64,000 nucleotides of DNA, from contig NIVC01000525.1 of the NCBI GenBank assembly GCA_002269645.1, positions 248,001-312,000 on the forward strand, given 5' to 3'. Shown here in pieces: positions 1 through 11,950 of this stretch (positions within the stretch are counted from its first letter, which is position 1; each line of letters begins with the position of its first letter). The notes under the pieces are model-generated. The model did no database searches. It was not told the DNA's origin and saw nothing but the letters and a program-made list of their open reading frames with translations. A program made the translations under genes and the position numbers. The DNA is from Macrostomum lignano. Taxonomy: Eukaryota.

Positions 1-423
1 AGGACATGTTTCACAGAGAGATTATGTTAGACACTTGCTAGATAGGACATGTCTCAGTGTGAGATTATGTTGGACACTTGCTAGATAGGACATGTCTCAG
101 TGTGAGATTATGTTGGACACTTGCTAGATAGGACATGTCTCAGTGTGAGATGACACTTGTTAGATAGGACATGTCTCAGTGTGAGATTATGTTGGACACT
201 TGCTAGATAGGACATGTCTCAGTGTGAGATTATGTTGGACACTTGCTAGACAGGACATTTCTCAGGGTGAGATTATGTTAGACACTTGCTAGATAGGACA
301 TGTCTCAGTGTGAGATTGTGTTAGACACTTGCTAGACAGGACATTTCTCAGGGTGAGATTATGTTAGACACTTGCTAGATAGGACATGTCTCAGTGTGAG
401 ATTGTGTTAGACACTTGTCAGAT
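1..423. repeat. 43-bp tandem minisatellite (AGGACATGTCTCAGTGTGAGATTATGTTGGACACTTGCTAGAT) in a PCYT2 intron
   Basis: About 10 near-identical units seen directly; runs off the window start. Confidence 0.95.
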
Positions 424-571
424 AAATGATTACAGCAATCCACGGTTTAAAAAAAAACAAAAAAATATTTTCTAAGGTGTCAGGTGATCTGTTGAGAACT
501 TTTTAGTGCACATGAGCTTCGACAATAACTCAAGATAAAAACAGAAACGGGAAATTTGCGCTGCTGCATAC

Positions 572-637
572 CTTCAGGTGTTTCATGAGCTGCTCGCTAA
601 TCTTGAAGGGGGCATCGATGACCACATTGGACACGTA
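572..637 (-). CDS. PCYT2: Ethanolamine-phosphate cytidylyltransferase exon (YVSNVVIDAPFKISEQLMKHLK); gene continues left of the window
   Basis: ccgcag acceptor and GTATGC donor, phase 0; matches the PCYT2 segment YVSEVVIGAPY that follows LACR. Confidence 0.88.
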
Positions 638-774
638 CTGCGGGGCCAAGCGAGTTTTTGAAAGGTAAACCGCTCAGATAAAATGCTGTGTAAAAATTCT
701 ATGTAGAGATAAGAGGCCTATTAAAATGTCAAGCCTAAATTTAACTAAAGGCCAAAAGGCAGTAGCTGAACTAA

Positions 775-1108
775 TGACTGGGGCAGTGGCTGAGCAAAGG
801 ACTGGAGGAGTGGCTGAGCAAAGGACTGGGGCAGTGGCTGAGCAAAGGACTGGGGCAGTGGCTGAGCAAAGGACTGGGGGAGTGGCTGAGCAAAGGACTG
901 GGGCAGTGGCTGAGCAAAGGACTGGGGCAGTGGCTGAGCAAAGGACTGGGGGAGTGGCTGAGCAAAGGACTGGGGCAGTGGCTGAGCAAAGGACTGGGGG
1001 AGTGGCTGAGCAAAGGACTGGGGCAGTGGCTGAGCAAAGGACTGGGGGCAGTGGCTGAGCAAAGGACTGGGGGAGTGGCTGGGGCAGTGGCTGAGCGAAA
1101 GACTGGGG
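775..1108. repeat. 24-bp tandem minisatellite (GGGCAGTGGCTGAGCAAAGGACTG), intronic
   Basis: Direct; source of spurious ORFs 674-1423, 726-1058 and 745-1062. Confidence 0.95.
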
Positions 1109-1125
1109 GCTCATAAAGGACTCAC

Positions 1126-1280
1126 TCTGCAGGCGAGGACGGAGAGCACTCTCTCGAACATGGTCATGATTGGGTAGTTGTAGCCCCTGTACCAGTTCAC
1201 TATTTGATCCGAGTGAATGCCAATAATCACGTAAGTGGCCATTGAGTAGCACTTTTCCAGAAAGTCGATGTGGCCAACAT
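1126..1280 (-). CDS. PCYT2: PCYT2 exon, second cytidylyltransferase domain (H-VGHIDFLEKCYSMATYVIIGIHSDQIVNWYRGYNYPIMTMFERVLSVLACR)
   Basis: attgcag acceptor and AGA|GTGAGT donor; HxGH and YPIM..ER.LSVLACR motifs typical of PCYT2. Confidence 0.93.
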
Positions 1281-1490
1281 CTGCAATATAATTGAATGAA
1301 CCAAATAAGATTACTCGCTGAGCACAGACTGAGCACAGACAAACACGCCAATACTGTACGCAGGCACGCACTCATACACACGCTTATACAAGGTGTACAA
1401 CGGTCCATCGTCAGCACGTACACTCTCTGTGCCTTTGGGGGTTAGCCTTCATGGCTGTATATCGCACGACAACTCGCCGCCCCCACCCCA

Positions 1491-2586
1491 CATCAGACGC
1501 AACTCACGGAATAGATCAAAGGCGCCGCCCCCCCCTACCCACAGCGGACGCAACTCACGGAATAGATCAAAGGCACCGCCCACCCACTCCACATCAGACG
1601 CAACTCACGGAATAGATCAAAGGCACCGCCCACCCAATCCACATCAGACGCAACTCACGGAATAGATCAAAGCACCGCCCACCCACTCCACATCAGACGC
1701 AACTCACGGAATAGATCAAAGGCGCCGCCCCCCCCGTACCCACAGCAGACGCAACTCACGGAATAGATCAAAGGCATCGCCCACCCACTCCACAGCAGAC
1801 GCAACTCACGGAATAGATCAAAGGCGCCGCCCACCCACTCCACATCAGACGCAACTCACGGAATAGATCAAAGGCGCCGCCCACCCACTCCACATCAGAC
1901 GCAACTCACGGAATAGATCAAAGGCGCCGCCCACCCACTCCACATCAGACGCAACTCACGGAATAGATCAAAAGCGCCGCCCCCCCCCCCTACCCACAGC
2001 GGACGCAACTCACGGAATAGATCAAAGGCATCGCCCACCCACTCCACAGCAGACGCAACTCACGGAATAGATCAAAGGCGCCGCCCCCGTACCCACAGCA
2101 GACGCAACTCACGGAGTAGATCAAAAGCGCCGCCCCTACCCACATCAGACGCAACTCACGGAATAGATCAAAGGCGCCGCCCCCCCGTACCCACAGCAGA
2201 CGCAACTCACGGAATAGATCAAAAGCGCCGCCCCCCCGTACCCACAGCAGACGCAACTCACGGAATTATCAAAAGCGCCGCCCCCCCCTACCCACAGCAG
2301 ACGCAACTCACGGAATAGATCAAAAGCGCCGCCCCCCCTACCCACAGCAGACGCAACTCACGGAATAGATCAAAGGCGCCGCCCCCCCCCGTACCCACAT
2401 CAGACGCAACTCACGGAATAGATCAAAGGCGCCGCTCCCCCGTACCCACAGCAGACGCAACTCACGGAATAGATCAAAAGCGCCGCCCTCCCTACCCACA
2501 GCAGACGCAACTCACGGAATAGATCAAAAGCGCCGCCCCCTCTACCCACAGCAGACGCAACTCACGGAATAGATCAAAGGCGCCGC
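1491..2586 (-). repeat. ~47-52-bp minisatellite (~22 copies); unit = last 21 nt of a PCYT2 exon plus donor GTGAGT plus intron start
   Basis: Each unit contains GCGGCGCCTTTGATCTATTCC|GTGAGTTGCGTC on the minus strand, matching the real junction at 2566. Confidence 0.95.
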
Positions 2587-2703
2587 ACACGAAGGCAATT
2601 TTCTCGCCAGGCTCAGGCGCCCGGCCAGTGGAGAACTCCTTCATTGCTGAGTGGTTGGCACGAACTGACAGGTAGCGGTGTAGGGACTGCGCGATGTTGC
2701 CGC
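2566..2703 (-). CDS. PCYT2: PCYT2 exon (AATSRSPYTATCQFVPTTQQ/MKEFSTGRAPEPGEKIAFVCGAFDLF), with an apparent 1-bp deletion near 2644
   Basis: ttttacag acceptor and TTCC|GTGAGT donor; aligns to PCYT2 ..[41 protein letters not shown] only with one frameshift. Confidence 0.85.
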
Positions 2704-3327
2704 CTGTAAAAAACGGGACACGCAGTTAATGTAAATTGGCGATAAAGACTGTCGGTATAAAATTCTAGAATAAAAAATAGAATTTAATTAAATTATTTAC
2801 AAACAGACTGCCGAATCGAAAATAGAAATCGGAAATCACCAACAACTGTTGAGGAGCGAACGAAAAACGTTTGAACAGTAATTTTGAATTTTCATTAATT
2901 AGTTTCCATAAGCTGTTTGTTAATACATCTTTTAGTTTCGTATATACTCGTATCAAAACGATTTTTTTCGCGAAAATTCTAGACATACGAAACAATAACA
3001 ATGTTAAATTATAATATGTTCGTAGCTTTCCGAATAAACTGGTCGAAAACTCCGAAAACCTATGCTATGAAGTTAAACAATAATTCAGTTTTAAAAAAGG
3101 CATATTGCTTTGAATAACAATTAGCAAACTTTCGTCGTTTTTTATATAAACGCTCTAAAGATGGACTAACGAAAACAGTTGAAATCAAGTAGCCCAAGTT
3201 ACATGGTCTCCAGATTGAGTCTAAAATATTGAAAACAACACACAAATTACTAAATAGCCTAAAACTGCTCATTTTGTAGTTGTGAGCTATTCTAACGTTT
3301 ATGGTCCTAGTGTTAGACATTAAGTGA

Positions 3328-4286
3328 CGCCGTGTGATCGGTATTGTCTGCCGTGTGATCGACATTGTCTGCTGTGTGATCGACATTGTCTGCCGTGTGA
3401 TCGACATTGTCTGCCGTGTGATCGACATTGTCTGCTGTGTGATCGACATTGTCTGCTGTGTGATCGACATTGTCTGCCGTGTGATCGGATTGTCTGCCGT
3501 GTGATCGACATTGTCTGCCGTGTGATCGACATTGTCTGCCGTGTGATCGACATTGTCTGCTGTGTGATCGACATTGTCTTGCTGTGTGATCGACATTGTC
3601 TGCCGTGTGATCGACATTGTCTGCTGTGTGATCGACATTGTCTGCTGTGTGTGATCGACATTGTCTGCGTGTGATCGGGATTGTCTGCCGTGTGATCGAC
3701 ATTGTCTGCCGTGTGATCGACATTGTCTGCCGTGTGATCGACATTGTCTGCTGTGTGATCGACATTGTCTGCTGTGTGATCGACATTGTCTGCCGTGTGA
3801 TCAGGATTGTCTGCCGTGCGATCGACATTGTCTGCCGTGTGATCGACATTGTCTGCTGTGTGCTGCATCGTGATCGACATTGTCTGCTGTGTGATCGACA
3901 TTGTCTGCCGTGTGATCGACATTGTCTGCTGTGTGATCGACATTGTCTGCTGTGTGATCGACATTGTCTGCTGTGTGATCGGGATTGTCTGCTGTGTGAT
4001 CGGGATTGTTGCTGTGTGATCGACATTGTCTGCCATGTGATCGACATTGTCTGCCGTGTGATCGACATTGTCTGCTGTGTGATCGACATTGTCTGCTGTG
4101 TGATCGACATTGTCTGCTGTGTGATCGGGATTGTCTGCTGTGTGATCGGGATTGTCTGCTGTGTGTCGACATTGTCTGCCGTGTGATCGACATTGTCTGC
4201 CGTGTGATCGACATTGTCTGCTGTGTGATCGACATTGTCTGCCGTGTTGATCGGATTGTCTGCCGTGTGATCGGATTGTCTGCTGT
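3328..4286. repeat. 21-bp tandem minisatellite (GTGTGATCGACATTGTCTGCY), intronic
   Basis: Direct; roughly 45 units. Confidence 0.95.
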
Positions 4287-4436
4287 CTGAGTGGGACTGT
4301 GTCACGTGATCAGAATCGCAGGTCAAGCAATCCGGATTGTTTGCCCACCTGATTAAGGCACTACCGAATGGAACGATGCAATTTAGACTAATTTCTAAAC
4401 TCCTGGTCAGTCGATAAGAGGCCTGAATCAACTCAC

Positions 4437-4573
4437 GGTGGCCATCTGATCAAAGGTGGCCCGCTTCAGAGTCACCAACTGTGACATTGGCGGAGTGATG
4501 GGACCGCGTGGCCAGCAGCATGCGGCCAACCAAGTCGGTGGTTGACACTCCCTCGTGCGCTTGAACTCCCTCC
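4437..4573 (-). CDS. PCYT2: PCYT2 exon (REFKRT/EGVSTTDLVGRMLLATRSHHS/PMSQLVTLKRATFDQMAT), two apparent compensating indels; acceptor could be 4569 instead
   Basis: KRTxGVSTTDLVGRMLL is a PCYT2 signature but lies in a shifted frame; ACC|GTGAGT donor. Confidence 0.8.
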
Positions 4574-4854
4574 CTGACGGTAAGGGATGGTGGATAGGGA
4601 TGAGTCTCATTGATGATTTTTATACGGCTTTTAATTCACTTTGGTGTAAGCACACTCTTACAGTTCGAGTTGGCCCTCATGAACGAGCTCCGTTAATCGG
4701 CCTCTCAAGGAGTCGAACAGGGGGTCATTTGGCCTTTACATATTGAGCTAAAGGGCCTCAACAAGCAAACTTGAATCGTAAAAATTATGGCAAAAATACC
4801 TACTCACATTAACGAATTCGCAATTAAATTAGACTCGAATTTACAACTTACAAT

Positions 4855-5018
4855 CCTCAAACTTCACAGTCCCCACAATTCACAATCCCTAAACTTCAGA
4901 ACCTCCAAAGTTACACAACCCAAGCTTCACAATCCCCAAAATTCACAACCGCAAGCTTCACAACCATTGAATTCACAACCTCCAAAATTCACAACCGCAA
5001 GCTTCACAACCATTGAAA
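4855..5018. repeat. Degenerate short tandem repeat (TTCACAACC core) abutting the assembly gap
   Basis: Direct. Confidence 0.7.
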
Positions 5019-5206
5019 NNNNNNNNNNNNNNNNNNNNNNNNNNNNNNNNNNNNNNNNNNNNNNNNNNNNNNNNNNNNNNNNNNNNNNNNNNNNNNNNNN
5101 NNNNNNNNNNNNNNNNNNNNNNNNNNNNNNNNNNNNNNNNNNNNNNNNNNNNNNNNNNNNNNNNNNNNNNNNNNNNNNNNNNNNNNNNNNNNNNNNNNNN
5201 NNNNNN
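5019..5206. other. Assembly gap (188 N) inside PCYT2
   Basis: Direct. Confidence 1.
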
Positions 5207-5816
5207 TGAGAAGAGATAGAGATGAGAGAGCAGAAGAAGATGACAGAGGGTCAAGAGGAGATAGAGATTAGAGAGGAGAGAGTAGAAAGGATAGAAAAGA
5301 GAGGAGATAAGAGAGTGAGAGAAGGGGTGAGAAGAGAAGAGATAGAGATAAGATAGGGGTGTAAGAAGAGGGGAGAAAGGAGAGATGAGAGAGTAAAGGG
5401 AAGAGGAGGAAAGAGGAAAGAGATGAGATTGTAGAGATGAGACAGATGAAAGGAGAGATGAGAGAGTAAAGATGAGAGATGAAAAAGGTGAGAGGAGAGT
5501 GCAGAGAGACGAGAGAAGATAATAGAGGAGAGAGAGTATAGAAGAGGGAAGAAAAGAAGAGAGGAGTAAGGAAAGAGAGGAGTCAGAAGAGGTGAAAGAG
5601 AAGAGTACAGAGGAGATAAGTGAGAGAACGTATTAGAGAGTAAAGATGACAGATGAGAGAGCAGAGATGAGGTGAACAGACGAGAGATGGGAGAGTAGAG
5701 AGAACAGAGGAGAGATAAGAGAGAAGAGATTACAGTGACTAGAGGAGAGAGGAGAGAGGGAGAGAGAAGAGGAAATAGGATAATGAAGAGGGGAGAGAGT
5801 AGAGGAGAAGAGAGAT

Positions 5817-5901
<85 letters not shown>

Positions 5902-6840
5902 CGCAGAGCAGAGAGAAACGAGAAGAGATAAGAGAGAAAAGATAAAATAAGAGAAAGGAGAGATAAAAACGCAGACAAGAGAGAAGAGAGGTGAGGGAAG
6001 AGACGAGTGACGAGGGGAGAGAGAAGAGATAAAACAAGAAAAGAGATGAGAAGAAAGAGAGAGAGGAAAGAGGTGAGAGAAGAGACGAGAGAAGAGGGGA
6101 GAGAGGAGAGAGAGAGGAAAGAGGAGAGAGGAGAGAGTTAAGAGAGAGAGAAAAAGAATAGAGAGGAGAAGGAATTGACGAGAGAAGAGGGGGAGAGAGG
6201 AGAGAGAGGAGAAGAGAGAAACGAAAAAGTAGAGAGGAGAGAGGAGAGAGAGAGAAAGAAAAGGGAAGAGATGAGATAAGAGATATGAAAGAGAGAGAGA
6301 TGAGGGAAGATACGAAAGAAGATAGGAGAGAGGAGAGGAGAGAGAAAACGAAAGAGTAGAGAGGAGAGAGGAGAGGAGAGAGAAAACGAAAAGTAGAGAG
6401 GAGACAGGAGAGAGGAGAGAAGAGAGAAGAGAGAAGAGATAAGAGAGATGAAAGAGAAGAGAGATGAGGGAAGATATGAGAGAGAGAGGAGAGAAGAGAG
6501 AGGAGAGAGGAAACAGAAGAAACGATAGAAATTTTAAAGGATCCAAGGGACATAGGGAGAGTCAGGGAGAGGCCAGAGTTTGCCAATACATGTTTTAGAG
6601 TCAGACAGACATTGCCTGACATTCTGTGAAGTAACCCAGCCAACAATATCAATGTTTGCTTCAAATCCTAATTTTACACTAATGTGTTCATTTTATGTCT
6701 ACCTCTATCCTACTAACTATTAACAAGTTTTTGTTTGTGTATGACCTTAGATTTCAGAATACATGCAAAAGTAGTTCCGGGGATTGGAATTCCCCGGGTT
6801 CAAAATCCGCGGGTTTCAACAGCTTGTCTACATATAAAAA
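5207..6840. repeat. Polypurine (GA-rich) block plus ~260-bp unique tail; copy 1 of a unit repeated at 7967-9830; hAT-like TIR end (GGCCAGAGTTTGCCAATACATG) at ~6571-6592
   Basis: Shared sub-blocks inside the GA tract and an alignable tail (6570-6840 vs 9588-9830). Confidence 0.75.
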
Positions 6841-7966
6841 TCAAAACTCTGTGTGTGTGTGTCTGTGGACAAATTCGTTCGCTATGGACTCCCAAACCAC
6901 TCAACCAAATACCACCAATTTTTGCACCCACCCTAAACTCACTACGGAAAATGTCTTAGGCTACCTTTAAATTTCCTAAATTTGAGTCTTCCTACCTAAA
7001 AGTACAAAAAACTGCTCAAAATGCGCGATTTTTTCACTAAATCCTCCATAGCGCCGCTCCACTTCTACCGATTCTCTTCAAATTTGACACAGATAATCTT
7101 TAACTATTTTGGCACAATCATGTAAAATTTCGAGTATCAAAGTTAATCCTGAGCGGTGCTGTGCGCTTTTAAAGTTAGGCTGTTTTTTTCAGCGTAGCAA
7201 CCACCCCAACCTCCGCCCGCCTGCCTCTCTTACCCGATCTGGGCCCAGATGTGTAAAAGGGTTTCAAAATTGACTAACTTTCAGCTGCCATAAGTTTGCT
7301 CCACGTAAAGCGATTGACTCCCAACTTGACACAATTCTTCATTGACTCATTCTCTATCTAAATGTAAAGTTTCAACTCTGTAACTCAACCGAAAAAGAAA
7401 CTGTAAGCATGTGAAGTTTGTCTGCTTTTTCTTTTGTTTGTGCCACTCACTCACTCATTCCCCCAGAGCCAGACGAAGGGTCAGGCGATAGGGCTCAATG
7501 TACATAGCGAATGTACAGTGTTTTGGAATAACTTTTTAATAGCCTTCTCTGTACCCCGCGAGTGGAGGCGTGGAGTCGGTGGAGAGGAGAGAGTTTAGCG
7601 AGAGATTCAAACCACTGTCGTCTGTATAGACACATCAGTTAAACAAGGATGGCAAATCAAGGCGATGTGGGATGGTTTGTAAAAATAGCAAAAAAATTAA
7701 TGAATAACTGATTACAATGCAAACTAAATTAGTTACACCATGCAAATTTTAACATTAAGATTCGCATAAGGTACTTTAAAATTTAAATGGCCTCCTAAGA
7801 AATGCGTATTTCCATGGTTGTTAGACTGCTGCAGACTGTGGTGGTGGAGCTGGAGATACACAAATTCCTCTCAGGGCTGCTAATTGGCCAGAAAGATGAC
7901 GTGATTAAAGCATGAGAAATGATAACAACCATGAGAGTACTACGTCCCACAAACTGGCTTTCGAAG

Positions 7967-9830
7967 CAGGGATCGGCAGATTTTTATCTCAATGGCCAGA
8001 TAAAGAATCCAGCTCATGGCTGCGGGCCAGATAAGAGTGAAAAGGAAAAGGAATAGACTATTAGAAAGGGAGGAGGGGCGAGAGGGGGATAAGAGAAAAG
8101 ATAGAAGACAACAGGAGAGACGAGGGGGTTGAGGAGAGAGCAGAGAATATGGGACGAAGAAGCGAGAGGAGGGGAGAGAGAAGGGAGAGGAAATAGTAGA
8201 GGTGAGAAGATGGAGAGAGAAGGGGGAGATGAGACAGAGGATCGATGAGAGAGGAGAGTGGAGAAGAGTGAGAAGAGATGAGAGATGAGAGAACAGAGAG
8301 GCAGATGAGAGAGGATCGAGAGGAGAGATTAGAAAGGATAGAGAATAGAGGAGATAAGAGGGGGAGAGAGGAGTGAGAAGAGAAGGAGATAAGAGATGAG
8401 AGGGAGAGTTGAGAAAGAAGAGAGGAGAAAGGAGAGATGATAGAGTAAAGGGAAGAGGAGGAGAGAGGAAAGAGATGAGATTGTAGAGATGAAGGAAGAG
8501 AGAGCAGAGTGCAGAGAGACGAGAGAAAAGAATACGAGTAGAGGGGAGAGAGTATAGAAGAGGGAAGAGAAAAGAGAAGTAAGGAAAGAGAAGAGTCAGA
8601 AGAGGGGAAAGAGAAGAGTACACAGTAGAGAGGAGAGTAGAGATGACAGAAGAGAGAGGGGAATGAGAGAGCAAAGATGAGAGTAAACAGACGATATAAG
8701 AGAGGAGAGAGGAGAGTGGAGAGAGAAGAGAGAAGACAAGAGAGGGAGAGTATAGAAGAGAGAAGAGAAGAGACGAGAAGAAAGAAGAAAGGAAAGAGAG
8801 TCCTGAGTCAAAAAGGGGAAGAGAGGAGTACAAGGGGAGAGAGGTGAGAGAACATATGAGAGTAAAGATGACAGATGAGAGAGGGGAGATGAGAGAGCAG
8901 AAACGAGAAGTGAACAGACGAGAGATGGGAGAGTAGAGAGAAAGAGGAGAGATAAGAAATAAGAGATGAGAGGTGGAGACAAGGGAGAGATGAGAAGTGA
9001 GTGAGGAGAGAGGAGGGGAAGGGGGAGAATCGAGATGACGGGAAATTGGTGAAAAGGGCGAGAAAGGAGAGGAAAGAGGGGAGAGATTAGAGAGAAGAGA
9101 GATAGGACAGGAGAGAGCAGAGAGAAGAGAGGAGAGAGAGAGAGGGGGGAGTCGAGAGAGAGCAGAGAGAAATGAGAAAAGATAAGAGAAAGAGAAGATA
9201 AAAAAAGAGAAATGAGAGATAAGAGAGCAAAGACGAGAGAGAAGGGAGGTGAGGTAAGAGACGATAGAAGGGATGAGAGGAGAGAGTGGACAGAGGAGAG
9301 GAGAGAGTTGAGAGAAGAGAGGAAAAAGGAGAGAGTAGAGATGAGGGGAGCGTTGAGAGAGGGTAGAGTAAGGAGTGAGAAGAGGGTAGAGGGAAGAGGG
9401 AAGAGAGAGTAGAGAGCAGAGAGAAATGAGAAGAGATAAAAGAGGAGAAAGGAGATATGAGACCAGAGACCAGAGAGAAGAGAGGAGAGGAGAGAGAAAA
9501 TAATAGAGGGGAAAGGGAAGAGACGAGAGAAGAGGGGAGAGAGGACAGAGGAGAGAAGAAAGAAGAAAGAGGAGAGAAGAGGACAAAGGCCAGAGTTTGC
9601 TTGAAATTCTTGATTTGCTTGAAGCACCCCAGCCAACAATATCAATGCTTGCTTCAAATCCTAATTTTATATGAATGTACACTCTATTTTATGTTTAACT
9701 CTATCCTAACTATTAGCAAGTTTTTGTTTGAGTTTGACCTCAGTTTTAGAATACATGCAAAAATAATTCCAGGGAATAAAGTTCCCTGGGTTCAAAATCT
9801 GCAGGTTTCAACAGCTTGTATAATATAAAA
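7967..9830 (+). mobile_element. hAT (Charlie/MER58-like) non-autonomous element with a polypurine interior; copy 2
   Basis: Starts CAGGGATCGGCAGATTTTT...GGCCAGATA...TGCGGGCCAGATA, resembling MER58-type termini recalled from memory; right end degenerate; no clean TSD. Confidence 0.5.
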
Positions 9831-9909
9831 GGAAAACTCTTTAGCTTATATAACAATAATCTATAAATAGCCTTTAGATAACTTTTATTGCTATTTATCA
9901 TTTTCACTA

Positions 9910-10274
9910 TATATATAGAGGCAAGGGGTTGTGTGCACATTGGCGCACTTTAAGTGACATAGGCACACAACTGGCAAGAGGCATTACTTGCCCATTCCAC
10001 CGACTCCCCTGAGCAGGCATACAAGCGCGCAGATATGTACGCAGGCACACACTCACACAGGAGTGTACAGCGGCCCTAACTTAAATTTATCGTTAGGCAT
10101 GTACACTTCACTGCACCTTGGGGGGCTGGCTCTCAAGACTAGTAATTACACGAGCAGAGCCAAGCCGAGATTTCAATTCAGCCCCAAATTAATGTGACTG
10201 CACTTGGAATCAAGCCAGCCTGGGTCACTGGCATACTGAGCCTATGCTAGACTGCTAGGCTATGGCCCCCTATC
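9910..10274 (-). mobile_element. tRNA-derived SINE, family B, CpG-decayed copy
   Basis: Aligns along its full length to 39868-40233; flanked by 13-bp direct repeat ATCATTTTCACTA (9897-9909 and 10275-10287). Confidence 0.88.
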
Positions 10275-10766
10275 ATCATTTTCACTAATAAGTAGTTTAA
10301 CTTAAGATCTAGGATTAATTTAAAATTAACTTCAAAACCTCACTGAAGTAGCTTTCAACTAAATTCTACAAGTCTATTATGTAAGAAAAATATATAAAAT
10401 GAGAATTGAGTGACATTATTGAAATATAGGCCACAGTAACTTTTTCTTTGCCTTTGCTTTATAAGATATTTTGTAGGAGATATCAACTCCTACAAAATTT
10501 ATGCATTGAATATGAAATTGAGCAATAAAGATAATAAATTCTGGATAAATATTTGTCTATATATGCTACTACTAGATGTAGGTTATTGAAAATTCAGTAC
10601 TTCTAGCAAATTCAGTATGAAAATCTATGGAACTCTATGAAATCTATGAATCACGAAAATTAAAGTCAAACCGAGATTGAAACTTTAGCAAATAGCCCTA
10701 AATTATGAAAAATATAGCCTAGTTTAGTATAAACATAATCAACCAGGGAACCAGTGAGACCCTTAC

Positions 10767-10828
10767 CAACCGTCCACCCAGACTCGTATTTGTTTCTTCT
10801 TTTCGCTTGCTGAATTTTCAAATGCCAT
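10767..10828 (-). CDS. PCYT2: PCYT2 first coding exon (MAFENSASEKKKQIRVWVDGC)
   Basis: RVWxDGC is the PCYT2 N-terminal motif; TG|GTAAGG phase-2 donor; too short for the ORF track. Confidence 0.85.
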
Positions 10829-11950
10829 TTTCCTACGGATAGAAGTTAAAGTTAAGTTAACAAAAACCAAAAAGTGAATTTAACTTTTACTGCTAGAGCC
10901 TATTTTTTTAATCTAAAGAGCTCTACTCTACTCCCGGTCAATTTCGAAAATATAGTTGAAAGTTGAAAAAGCGCCAAACTGACTCTTAGAACGCCACGAT
11001 AATAAAAGCGTACTGCGTTTGGTAGGTAAATCACGATTGCAAATATCCCTCTCTCGTATAGTCTTCTCTCTACATGCACGATGCATGCGGCATGGCTGAG
11101 AGTATTGCCACAAAAATTACTTTTGGAATATGGGCTATGCCTGAACTTATATCTTTCTAGCAGCCGAAAAGTTTTGAGACAGGCAAATCCCGCAAACCTA
11201 CAAAATCTGATTGGACTTTCCAATTGTGCCAAATTCATGTTGAAATATTAGTATCGCCCACAAATATCAAAATAAAAATCGCTTATAGGTTTTCTATAAG
11301 CGTTACTATTATATATATCTGTCACTATACTGTAGCGCAGCATTTTGGATTTAAAAAGTGAATTTGAAAGCAAGCAATACATGGAGTAGTGCATACAGGT
11401 AACAACGGCGATAAGGGGAGTATCGCTTTTATAAATCAGATTGCACGTTGCAATGCCACTGGGTTAGTGAAGCTGGGTTAGTGAGCTACTGTTACTTTGG
11501 AAATCACTCCCGGGAATTCTTAGAACTTTTAATTTAGCATTTCATTGCGACTCCACACGACAATCGTCACTGCTGTATACGCCATCCCGGATTTATGAGA
11601 AGAACAATGGTGCCCGCGCCCGGTGACCGGACATTTCGTCAACCGGCATTTCGTAAACCGGCATTTTTTGCCCACAAAAAATTAACTTATTATGCTGTAA
11701 AATCAGTAGATAAAAATGTTTCTCAAGTTGAAAGAAGTAACTACGGGATTTCTTATTCCTTAAAAATATTTAAATTTTGTTTTAAATTAGACTTGTTTTA
11801 ATTGTTTGCATTTCTTTTTTTGTGATTTTGCGTGTGTGTGGCATTTTGTCGGCAAATTGTGTCGCTCGCTCAGAATAGTTGCGAGCGGCTCAGTTGATTC
11901 GATATCTAGCTGCTCGCACATAAAATTAGCCCTTTTCAGACCCAGTGTTA
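10829..11950. promoter_or_regulatory. CpG-containing island between head-to-head PCYT2 and RPL18; probable shared promoter region
   Basis: CpG-rich relative to depleted flanks on both sides; pyrimidine tracts near 10920 and 11043-11070; TSS not determinable. Confidence 0.4.

Noticed and set aside
1491-2586. CRISPR-like repeat-spacer appearance of this and other arrays
   Set aside because: The variable parts are short homopolymer variants rather than unique spacers; eukaryotic context; no cas genes.
6850-7600. Helitron/DINE-like non-autonomous element
   Set aside because: The general appearance is suggestive, but no diagnostic termini or second copy were found in the window.
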